Source of the DNA: Chiloscyllium plagiosum
Taxonomy: Eukaryota
Direction: 5' to 3'
Assembly: GCF_004010195.1 (NCBI RefSeq)
Contig: NC_057758.1
Location: 657,396-721,395, forward strand
Length of the DNA stretch: 64,000 nucleotides
Below are positions 24,840 through 35,288 of this stretch, piece by piece. The notes under the pieces are model-generated. The model did no database searches, was not told the origin of the DNA, and was given only the letters and a program-made list of their open reading frames with translations. A program made the translations under genes and the position numbers. The stretch's first letter is position 1. Each line of letters starts with the position of its first letter.

Positions 24840-25042
24840 AGAGATTTAAAAAACTGCAGATGCTGGACTCCAAAATACAAGCAGGAGGCTGGAAGGACAC
24901 AGCAAGCCAGGCAGCATCAGGAGGTTCAGAAAGTCACATTTCATGTGTAACCTGAAGAAGGGTTTCACCCGAAACTTCGACTTCTCCACCTCCTCATGCT
25001 GCCTGGCTTGCTATGTTCTTTCAGCCTCCTGTCTTTCCAATT
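24840..25042. mobile_element. Penelope-derived inverted-repeat mini-element with hammerhead-like core
   Basis: Arms caggaggctggaaggacacagcaagccaggcagcat and atgctgcctggcttgctatgttctttcagcctcctg. CTGAAGA-AGGGT-TTC-ACCC-GAAAC at 24952-24975. Decayed TSD (11/14 match) at 24826-24839 and 25043-25056. Confidence 0.8.
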
Positions 25043-26029
25043 TGGTTAAGGTGTTTAACATGATTTCTTTCATTAATGAGACCTTTGAGTATAGGACGTT
25101 GATGAGGCCTCTTCTGTATCCAATCCTCACGCTGTTTTAAGAATGCTATTATCAAGCTGGAGAGGGTTTGGAAATGATTTACCAAGATGTTGCTGGGAAT
25201 GGAAGTTTCGAATTCTAAGGAGAGGCCGTATAGGCTTGGACATCTTTTCACTGGAGCGTAGGAGGTAGAGAGGTGATCTAATTGCGGTTTATAAAATCAT
25301 GAGGGGTGTAGATAAGGCGAATGGTAGATCTCTTTTCCCTGTGCTGGGCGATGTCACGACTAGGGGGTACGTTTTTAAGGTGACTCGTGAAAGATTTGGA
25401 AAGGAGATGCTGTACATCTCTATGACTCTACGACATGACGGGAACTTTTTTTGCACAAAATGGCTCATTTGTTGAGTGAACTTCCAGAGTGAAATCACAA
25501 CGTATAAAAGGCATTTTGGATAACTCCAATGAACCAGAAAGGTTGGGGAAGTAGGGATTAGTTTAGTTTGGGAACATGGTCGGCGTGGATTAGTTTGACC
25601 AAAGGGTCTTCTTTCATGCCGCGTAATTCTATGGCTTGGCTCCCTTCATGCTTGGTGGTGGCGGGAGAGGTGGTGGGATGGCGGATTTGGGAAACAGCCG
25701 AAACGCATCCATAAGGGGGAGGGAACAGCATATATGGCACCGCACCCTGTTCAGACATCAAACAGATCCAGCAGCGCCAAACGCAGCATCCCCTACTTGC
25801 CTCGGACAATCGGGGACTGGTGAGTGTGTATGTACACGTACGCAGGTTTGCACTGACCTCCCAACAGCCTCTCGCACAGGAACAGTCCCCTTGTGCAGGG
25901 GGACAAACGCTGACCGAATGACAACACCTAAGGAAGTTCAGAGGGTCTGAGGGCCCTTGTGGTGCTCGCTCCCAGATCCCTGAACAGATTAAAAGGGGAA
26001 TTGCAGTGCCTATATTCGTCATTGTACAG

Positions 26030-27008
26030 ATTATAGAACAAAAAATAAAGGAACACGCCCTTCGGCCCTCCAAGCCTGGGCAGATCCAAATGTACTGTCT
26101 AAACCTGTCATTCAATTCCTAAGCATCTGTATCCCTCTACTCCCCACCTACTTATGCATTTTTCCAGATGCATCTTAAATGAAACTACCGTGCCTGCCTC
26201 AAACACCTCTGCTGGCAACGCGTTCCAAACGTCCACCACCCTCTGTCTGAAGTACTTGCCGCGTGTATCCCCCTTAAACTTTCCACCTCTCACCTTGAAA
26301 GCGTGACCTCTCGTTATTGAATCTTTTACCCTGGGAAAACGCTTGTGTCTATCCACCCTGTCTATACCCTTCATGATTTTATAAACCTCAATCCGGACCC
26401 CCCAGTCTCCTTTTTTCCAATGAAAATAAACCTGACCTACTCAACCTTTCTTCATAGCTAGCACCTTTCATGCCAGGCAACATGTTCTATGCGCCCTCTC
26501 CGGAGTGTCCACATCCTTTTGGTAATGTGGCGACCAGAACTGTACACAGTATTCTAAATGTGGCCGAACCAATGTCTTGTACAATGTTAACATGACTTGC
26601 CAGGTCTTATACTCAATATTCTGGATCAGTGGTGCTGGAAGAGCACAGTGTTCCGCGGCGGAAGATGAGGCGTTCTTCCTCCAGGCGTCTGGTGGTGAGG
26701 GAGCGGGGGTGGAGGAGGCCCAGCACCTCCATATCCTCGGCAGAGTGGGAGGGGGAGTTGAAATGTTGAGCCACGGGGCGGTTTGGTTGATTGGTGCGGA
26801 TGTTTACCTCTTATACTCAATACCCCGTCCAATGAAGGCAAGCCTTCTTGACCACTCTATCCATCTGTGCTGCAACCTTCTGGGTAAAATGGACTTGCAC
26901 TACCAGATCTCTCTGCCCATCAACTTTTCCCAATGAACTCTTCCGTTCATTGTATAATTCGCTTTAGAAATAGTCTTGCCTAAATTCATCACCTCGCATT
27001 TGTCTGGA
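26030..27008 (-). mobile_element. CR1 3' fragment
   Basis: ORF 26108-26374 reads TRGHAFKVRGGKFKGD.RGKYF.QRVV..WNALP, with tail at ~26030. Confidence 0.9.
26619..26808 (-). mobile_element. Penelope fragment (GIY-YIG C-terminus fused to terminal-repeat end) with 14-bp TSD
   Basis: TSD tcttatactcaata at 26605-26618 and 26809-26822. Minus strand encodes TNQPNRPVAQHFNSPSHSAEDMEVLGLL...RRLEEERLIFR. Confidence 0.88.
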
Positions 27009-27084
27009 GCAAGGAGATTTGTTGGAGCTGCTCAGGATTTCAGTTCAACCATCGCTGGGGTACTGTGGGCAGTTTGGATAACTC

Positions 27085-27455
27085 AGGATGCAGTCTGGGC
27101 TGGAGAGGTTCAGCTATGAAGAGATGCGGAATAAGATTGCATCATTCTCTCTGGAACAGAGAACGTCGAGGAGGACCAAACAAAGGGGGCATAATTTTGA
27201 AATGCTTGGAAGGAGGTTTCGACAGCATTTGAGGAAAAACGTCTTCATCCAGAGGCAGACAGGGATCCAGAATGCAATGCTTGAGAGGGTGGTTGACGCG
27301 GGAAACCTCAACCATTAAAAAGTATTTGGATTTGCCACATGTAGTGTCACAACATTGGAGACAGTTAACCCAGTGTGGGAATGTGGTGCAAGCGTAGATA
27401 GTGGTGTATTTTTGCAGATACAAACTTGATGGGTCAAATGGCCTCCTCTGTATTG
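27085..27455 (+). mobile_element. Old CR1 3' end
   Basis: Reads GLERFSYEE...FSLEQR...RGHNF...RKNVF.QR. Confidence 0.75.
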
Positions 27456-28299
27456 TGTGTTTTGCACGAGGTCAGTCACGTGTCTGCTGTGTTCACGTAT
27501 TTGTGCATGCAAACACAGGCACACTCCTCATACAGGGACAGTCGTGTGCCCATAGCCAGCCATGCAAACAGACACACGTGTGTAGGACTCCCTCTCTGCC
27601 CCCGTTTGGAATTGAACTGGAACTAATTCTGCGTTCTGTTTTCAGGTTGCCATGTGAATTTTGAGTATCCTGCGCAGGACAAGATATATGGTGGAGTCGA
27701 GAGAGCCTGGTGATCTTCATCAAAAAGGTGAGCCCAGAGGGAGAGGCAGGGCTCGCGAAGCAGGGGAATACTGCACCGTATAGGCAAAGGCCCTAACAGC
27801 ACGGGAACACCATCATTTACATTTTCTGTCTGACAGCCACTTGAAAAGAGTGATCATAACGTTGCATTATTTGTTTCTGAGGAATGGATGGCTCACATCT
27901 GGAAGAAAAATGTTATACTAGTTGAAGGCCAATTGTCAAATATGAAGCTGTCCATCAGATTTCAATTTTGAACTCGACTCCTCAGCATGTACTATTTTGC
28001 AGAAATCGCCTCCGAGCCTCTAAGTTACAGTACAGTCAGTAACAGGCTCCCCAGTAAATGTTATTTTGTACATACAACTGTACCTCACAAGAACAGACCC
28101 ATCTGTCGTATCTCTGCCCATATCCTGTCGTGTCCTTTGATAACCGTCCTCTCTATCCACCAACATTGCAAACTTACTAATCAGACTCCTTGCACTTCAT
28201 CCACAGAGCCCCCAGCACTGAGTCTCACGGGAACACCACTGGTCACAAACCTCCCGTCAGAAGAGTGCTCTTGATTAACTGCCCTCTCTTGCACATCAG

Positions 28300-28448
28300 C
28301 GTTCCTCTCGCTTTGTCTCTCTCTCTCGCTTTGTCTCTCTCTCTCGCTTTCTCTCTCTCTCTCTCGCTTTCTCTCTCTCTCGTTTTGTCTCTCGCTCGTT
28401 TTGTCCCTTTCTCGTTTTCTCTCTCTCTCTCTCTAGTTTTGTCACTCT
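28300..28448. repeat. (CT)n-rich microsatellite running into an assembly gap
   Basis: Repeated ctctctctctcgctttgt units. Confidence 0.9.
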
Positions 28449-28828
28449 NNNNNNNNNNNNNNNNNNNNNNNNNNNNNNNNNNNNNNNNNNNNNNNNNNNN
28501 NNNNNNNNNNNNNNNNNNNNNNNNNNNNNNNNNNNNNNNNNNNNNNNNNNNNNNNNNNNNNNNNNNNNNNNNNNNNNNNNNNNNNNNNNNNNNNNNNNNN
28601 NNNNNNNNNNNNNNNNNNNNNNNNNNNNNNNNNNNNNNNNNNNNNNNNNNNNNNNNNNNNNNNNNNNNNNNNNNNNNNNNNNNNNNNNNNNNNNNNNNNN
28701 NNNNNNNNNNNNNNNNNNNNNNNNNNNNNNNNNNNNNNNNNNNNNNNNNNNNNNNNNNNNNNNNNNNNNNNNNNNNNNNNNNNNNNNNNNNNNNNNNNNN
28801 NNNNNNNNNNNNNNNNNNNNNNNNNNNN

Positions 28829-29160
28829 ATGAGGAAGCTGGAGAAATCTATATTCATCCCGTGTGATTGGAGGGTTCCTAGGCGGAAGATGAGGCGCTCT
28901 TCCTCCAGGCATCGTGTGGTCAGGGTCTGGCGCTGGAGGAGGCCAAGGAACTGCATGTCCTTGGCGGAGTGGGAGGGGGAGTTAAAGTGTTCAGCCACAC
29001 GGCGGTTGGGTTGGTTGGTGCGGGTGTCCCAGAGGTGTTCCCTGAAACGTTCCGCAAATAGGCGGCCTGTAGAGGAGACCACATCGGGTGCAACGGATAC
29101 AGTAAATGATGTGTGTGGACGTGCAGGTGAATTTGCAACGGACTTCTGTGATGTTTATCG
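28829..29160 (-). mobile_element. Penelope-like element, GIY-YIG endonuclease remnant
   Basis: Reads FTCTSTHIIYCIRCTRCGLLY / TGRLFAERFREHL..RTNQPNRRVAEHFNSPSHS...EEERLIFRLGTLQSHGMN, with a frameshift at the YIG motif. Confidence 0.9.
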
Positions 29161-29444
29161 CATTGTACACCTTTTCCACTAATCCAGGCTGTTCTACTCC
29201 TTACATTAGAAGAAATGTACTCCAAAATGCTTGTCCTGCGGTGTTCATTAATCTGGTTCTCTCTGTTCTTCCTGTTAGACTTGTTTTGACTTAACATCAA
29301 CATTCTCGATCACTCCAAATATTCACAGACTGCTCTGTTTCCCAGCCTGCTTGTATTAGTTCTATGTGCCCTCTAAGATATCCCAATGATGCAGATATCT
29401 GAGGAACTTCCTCCTACACCAACCGTGGTTTCAACAACATTGCC

Positions 29445-32360
29445 TTCCTATTCCTAGCCCCTCTAGCACTTCACACAGGGAGTAATCGCAAGATGTCAAT
29501 CCCAGAGGTCATGCGTTTTTAACTTCCTATCTACTTCCCTAACTTTCCTTTGTAGGACTTTGTCTCTTCGAATGGAATGAGGAGAACAGGTAAGGCAGAT
29601 GACCTGACAGCTTGGATTTGTACATGTTTCTACAAAGTACTAATCCAATGTACACCGTCACAAAAACTTGGTTGAGAGAAAGGCAAGATTGACACCTTAA
29701 TATGCCAAAGTTTAGATGCTTCAGGCGAGAGAAGTGTGAGGGATATAGAAAGGTGCAGTCACTGTAATGGGATTATACTAAAGATCTCCAAATAGCCAGA
29801 GGAACACATATGTAAGAAGCTGATGGAAAGATGTAAAAACAACAGAGTTGTTGTAGAGGGCGATTTAATTTCCCCAATATTGCCTGAGACACCCGTTGTA
29901 CCAGTGGCTGAGATGGGGCAGCTTTTGTACCAATGCCACGGTACAAATCTTTCAACCTTGGCACCAAGGTGGCAACACATCATCCTGGAAGCTTGGAAGC
30001 TCCTTTGTGACCACAGCAACGCCTGTCTGTGCTCCTAGCTACACAGTCTCCTGTCATGACTGCTCACCGACACATTGACACCCCTCCCACAGTACAGCAG
30101 TGCCACTGACCTCCTGCTTTCCCCTGAAAGGTTATTCTGCCCCCACAACACATTGCAAAACGGTATACCTGTTCGAGAGGGGAATGGCTACAGGGGACTC
30201 CCGCACTGCCTGCCCACACTTTCTCATCTTGCTATTGGTCACTCAATTCTTTTCTGTCATCTGTCCTGATGATGTTACCAGCTCATTAAACATGGTGTCC
30301 ACACCATTCCCAGCCTCATGGGTGCTCCGTCGTGAGTCCACTCACAACTCCAGGCACTCTGCGCAGCACGTCAGGAGCTGTAGCTGGAACACACTTCCTC
30401 CCTCACTCCCTCACCTTAGAAACTGGGAGTGTCCCGAATTAATGTACTAGAGGGACGGGTTTTCCTGTTATTTTAAACCTCGGCGACTGCATACAATAAA
30501 CTAGGAACCCACTACACAACCTTTCCCACTTCTCACGAAATTCCTGTCGCTGGTTCTCTATTCCTAGCAAACTACAAACCATAGGTATAAGTACTTTATG
30601 TGCCATCTCCCTCTCTCCCTCCCTCCCTAGGTCCCTCGAGCTGCTTCCGAAGCAGCCAATCCCTCTGTTATATTTTGAGTTGTAATGGAACCTCCAGAGG
30701 TTGGTCTTTGGATTCAGTTTAGCTTTGCTGTGCTTGATCCACAGCTCTGACTGACCTTGATCCAGGCGCCATTCCTCAGGTGTTTATCAGGAAGAGCCTG
30801 TCACTGTTTATGCCCAGCGATCAGTCTGTAGGCTGGAACTCACTGCCCAGTGCGTGCTGCTTTATGTATAAACCGCTCAGCGTACAGCCTGTCACACACT
30901 CCACAGCAATTTCCTGTTTCATGTGTAATCCCCTCGATCAGAGTACATGTTTTTCTGTATCTCATCCCTTTGATCAGAGTGTGGGCTGTTATCCACTCCC
31001 TGTCTATTCTATTTTATACGTAAAACAGTCAGAGTACTGTATCTGACTCACTCCTGAGTATGTGTTGTGTTGTACCTAAAAACCTTCCCTAGGGGTAGGG
31101 AGATCAGGTTGTGACTGTACAGGACCTTGGTTCGGCCACTGTGGGAATGCTGCGTGCAGTTCTGGTCTCCCTGCTAGAGGAGGGATATTATGAAGTCTGG
31201 AAGTATCCAGGAAATATTTGAAAGGATGTTACCAGGGTTCGAGTGTTTGGGTTATAAGGAGAGACTGTACACACTGGGGTATTTTCCCTGGAGCGTCGGA
31301 CGGTTAGGGCAGATCTTCTAAGGTTTATAAAATCACGAGGGGCATAAATAGGGTAAATAGGCAAGGTTTTTTCCCAGCTGTGGGAGAGTCCAAAGCCAGA
31401 GGACGTAGGTTTAGGTGAGAGATGAAAGATTTAAAGGGGATCTAAGGGGCAGCTTTTTCACACAGAGAGTGGTGCATGTATGGAATGAACTGCCAGAGGA
31501 AGTGGTAGAAGCTGGTACAATTACAGCATTGAAAAGGCATCTGCATGGGTGTCTGAGTTTAGACGGATGTTGGCACAGCTGAGCTGGAATGAACAGTCTG
31601 TTTCAATGCTGTGTATCTCGGTGATGCTTTGATTCGATGAGAGTGCCATCTGTAACTTGCCAGCTAGTATACATTGTTTTATACAGAACTCTCTTGCTAA
31701 GGGCGGTCTATAGCAGACTTCCCAGCATAAGTGGTTTTAGATGTAAATTCCTTGATCACAACAGAGTCTAGCTCTTGCCACTCTGTTGTTTATGACATCA
31801 ATCCGTCAATTAAAGTATTGCTCCGCCTTCTCTGTTGCCTGAAGGATACATTCTTCAATCGGATTTAAATAAGCAGGAATTGTTCTACCTATTTAATCCC
31901 CCGATCAACTTACTGTCTGTATCGCACACTCCAGTATATGTTTGAAAAGCAGAAGTTGCTGGAAATCTCAACAAGTCTGGCAGCATCTGTGAAGAGGAAG
32001 CAGAGTCGACATTTCGGATCCAGTGACTCGCCGACAGAACTGGACTCAAAACGTGAAGTCTGTCCTCTTTGCACAGGTCTGTTGAGCTTTTCCAGCAATT
32101 CTTATTTTTGTTCCTGTTTTTCAGTATCTACCTTTCTTTTGCTTTTATATATAACTGCATCCATCAGTGTACAGTATATTATTCTCGCTCGTCTATTTTG
32201 TCTTTATGTACAAACCCTTTGAATAGAGTACTGTTTGCAACTCAATTTCTGGAATGCTTTGTTTTTGATTGCAGTGCAGTGCGTAACTCACTCTCCCGTC
32301 TCCTACATGTAAACCCCTCGATCAGAGTTCAATGTGCAACTCACTCCTAAGTCTGTTGTT
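29445..32360 (+). repeat. Segmental duplicate, copy A (CR1 EN/ORF1/3' fragments, Penelope inverted repeat at ~31945-32120, old ~50-bp minisatellite)
   Basis: Near-identical to 35289-37941. Offsets are 5844, then 5571, then 5581, due to two indels. The ORF track gives identical translations in both copies. Confidence 0.95.
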
Positions 32361-34043
32361 ACAGACCATCACACAGTCAGGGAGTTACAGATGGTCAGAC
32401 ACAGAGAGGTGCAGATGGTGACAGACAGTCAGAGAGTTACAGACCGTCACAAACAGGGAGTTACAGACAGTCACACGCAAGTTGTTACAGACCATCACAC
32501 AGTCAGGGAGTTACAGATGGTCAGACACAGAGAGGTGCAGATGGTGACAGACAGTCAGAGAGTTACAGACCGTCACAAACAGGGAGTTACAGACAGTCAC
32601 ACGCAAGTTGTTACAGACCATCACACAGTCAGGGAGTTACAGATGGTCAGACACAGAGAGGTGCAGATGGTGACAGACAGTCAGAGAGTTACAGACCGTC
32701 ACAAACAGGGAGTTACAGACAGTCACACGCAAGTTGTTACAGACCATCACACAGTCAGGGAGTTACAGATGGTCAGACACAGTCAGAGAGGTACAGATGG
32801 TGACACACAGTCAGGGAGTTACAGACCGTCACACAGTCAGGGAATTACAGACAGGCACACACAGGGAGTTACAGATGGTCAGACACAGAGTTACAGACCG
32901 TCACATAGTCAGGGTGTTACAGACAGTCGCACAGTCAGGGGGTTACAGACAGTCACACACAGGGAGTTACAAATGGTCAGATACAGGAAGTTACAGATGG
33001 TCAGACACTGTCAGAGCGGTACAGACTGTCACACATGGTCAGGGAGTTACAGATGGTCTGACACAGTCAGAAAGGTACAGATGGTGACACATGGTCAGGG
33101 AATTACAGACAGTCACACACCGGGAGTTACAAATAGTCAGACACGGAGTTACAGACAGTCACACACACAGGGAGTTACAGACAGTTACACACAGAGAGTT
33201 ACAGACAGTTACACACAGAGAGTTACAGATGGTCAGCCACAGAGAGTTACATATGGTGACACAGGTCAGGGCATTACAGACAGAAACACACAGTCAGGGA
33301 GTTACAGACCATCACACAGTCAGGAAGTTACAGACCATCACACAGTCAGGAAGTTACAGATGGTCAGACACAGTCAGAGAGGTACAGACGGTGACACAGT
33401 CAGGGAATTACAGACAGTAACACACAAGGAGTTACAGACCGTCACACAGTCAGGGAATTACAGACAGGCACACACAGGGAGTTACAGATGGTCAGACACA
33501 GAGTTACAGACCGTCACATAGTCAGGGTGTTACAGACAGTCACACAGTCAGGGAATTACAGACAGGCACACACAGGGAGTTACAGATGGTCAGACACAGT
33601 CAGAGAGGTACAGACAGTGACACACAGTCAGGGAGTTACAGACAGTCACACAGTCAGGGAGTTACAGATGGTCAGACACAGTCAGAGAGGTACAGACGGT
33701 GACACACAGTCAGGGAGTTACAGACCGTCACACAGCCAGGAAGTTACAGATGGTCAGACACAGTCAGGGAGGTACAGATGGTGACACACAGTCAGGGAGT
33801 TACAGACAGTCACACACAGGGACTTACAGATGGTCAGACACAGTCAGAGAGGTACAGACGGTGACACACAGTCAGAGAGTTACAGACCATCACACAGTCA
33901 GGGAGTTACAGACCATCACACAGTCAGGGAGTTACAGACAGTCACACGCAAGTTGTTACAGACCATCACACAGTCAGGGACTTACAGATGGTCAGACACA
34001 GTCAGAGAGGTACAGATGGTGACACACAGTCAGGGAGTTACAG
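32361..34043 (+). repeat. Minisatellite of 22/26-bp variant units (acacagtcagggagttacagatggtc) with three perfect 126-bp higher-order repeats at the start
   Basis: Visible directly, and as the 42-aa triple repeat in ORF 32334-33521. Confidence 0.95.
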
Positions 34044-34283
34044 TTGAGACCTGTTCGAGAGGTGTCAGACCGCTGCCTGGACTCGGAGCTGTTTCCTGTC
34101 AGTCTGACAGATGGTTAAACTCCTGGGGTGGGGGGTGTGGGGTGTGGGGGGAGGTGGGGGGGCTGCCTGGCGTGAGTTGAAGGGATTGCGGGATCTGGCG
34201 TAAGCGTTCCCTCTCCCTCCCACTCTCCCTCCTTCCCCACCCTCTCGACCGCTCCCAGTCTCCCCAACCTCTCCATCACTTAC

Positions 34284-34296
34284 CCAAATCATCCAT
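34284..34296 (-). CDS. Candidate first coding exon of a paxillin-family gene (PXN/TGFB1I1/LPXN), MDDL + G, phase-1 donor; apparently orphaned
   Basis: Minus strand reads gaagg ATG GAT GAT TTG G|gtaagt: strong Kozak (A at -3, G at +4) and a consensus donor. Paxillin-family proteins start M(D/E)(D/E)LDALL, and as recalled they have an intron after coding base 13. Only 13 coding nt support this call. Confidence 0.6.
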
Positions 34297-34306
34297 CCTT
34301 CAGGTC

Positions 34307-34350
<44 letters not shown>

Positions 34351-35010
34351 GTCTGTGCCCCTCTCGGACACAGGGGGCTACTCCGTGTCCCTGCTCCCTC
34401 TCATCTTGGAGAGACCAGAGAGTCGAGGGAAGGAGTGGGAAGGAGGGGAGGGGCAGGATCTGACAAGGGAAAAAAATCTGACAAGTGAGGCAGCTGGGAG
34501 ATTTGTCCATGTAAGGTCTGACTGTTGAGGGTTATACAGACATGGAACAGGCAAGGAAGAGAGAGAGAGAGAGAGAGACACACACAGGATAGGGCAGGAG
34601 TGTTAGCTCTGCAGGAATTAGTTTGGAGCCAGCGACAGAGACAGAGAGAGAGAGAGAGAGGAGGCAGCTGGGAGATTTGTCCATGTAAGGTCTGACTGTT
34701 GAGGGTTATACAGACATGGAACAGGCAAGGAAGAGAGAGAGAGAGAGACACACACACACACACACAGGATAGGGCAGGAGTGTTAGCTCTGTAGGAATTA
34801 GTTTGGAGCCAGCGACAGAGACAGAGAGAGAAAGTTTTAAGTCTCTCTCCTCTCTCCTCTCTCTCTCGCACACACACACGTCGTTCCAACAGGAAATACC
34901 AACACACAACTATTTAAACCATCCAGGAGCCTGGCAAACGCACTGGGAAAAGATGGAGAGATCTGTCTCCCTGCTCACAACCCAACCCCGTTCCCAGATT
35001 ATCCCAGCCC
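34297..35010 (-). promoter_or_regulatory. Putative 5'UTR/promoter of the MDDL exon, with GA/CA microsatellites and a ~175-bp tandem duplication
   Basis: Non-TE sequence, GC-richer than its surroundings. TATA-like tttaaata at ~34911-34918 (minus strand). Duplicated block at ~34487-34660 and 34661-34830. Confidence 0.4.
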
Positions 35011-35019
35011 CCCGCACGC

Positions 35020-35288
35020 TGAGGGAGCTTTACTCAGCACCTATCCCCGTGCTGTCCCTGTCCCTGGAAGCGGGGACTGTGTAGAGAGAGCTTTACTCTG
35101 TATCTAATCCCGTGCTGTCCCTGTCTCTGGAAACGGGGACAGTGTAGAGGGAGCTTTACTCTGTATCTAACCCCGTGCTGTCCCTGTCCCTGGGAGTGTT
35201 TGATGGGGGACAGTGTAGAGGGAGCTTTACTCTGTATCTAACACCATGCTGTTCCTGTCCCTGGGAGTGTTTGATGGGGGGGATAGTG
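35020..35288 (+). repeat. ~55-67-bp minisatellite (gagggagctttactctgtatctaaccccgtgctgtccctgtccctgggagtgtttgatggggacagtgta)
   Basis: About four tandem variant copies. Confidence 0.92.

Larger units (their letters stand above)
24203..25635 (+). mobile_element. Decayed CR1 RT-to-tail fragment hosting two Penelope-derived insertions
   Basis: Degenerate QGS.L, ISKFA and RR.RGDLI.VYKIMRG motifs, plus 3'UTR. Confidence 0.8.

Noticed and set aside
32334..33521. 395-aa ORF with 42-aa repeats (and the other ORFs to 34180)
   Set aside because: It lies wholly within a minisatellite whose units rarely make stop codons. The frame drifts between repeat registers and there is no domain or splice context.
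32361..34043. CRISPR-like regular repeat array
   Set aside because: There are no unique spacers: the units are tandem variants of one motif. No cas genes are present and the context is vertebrate.
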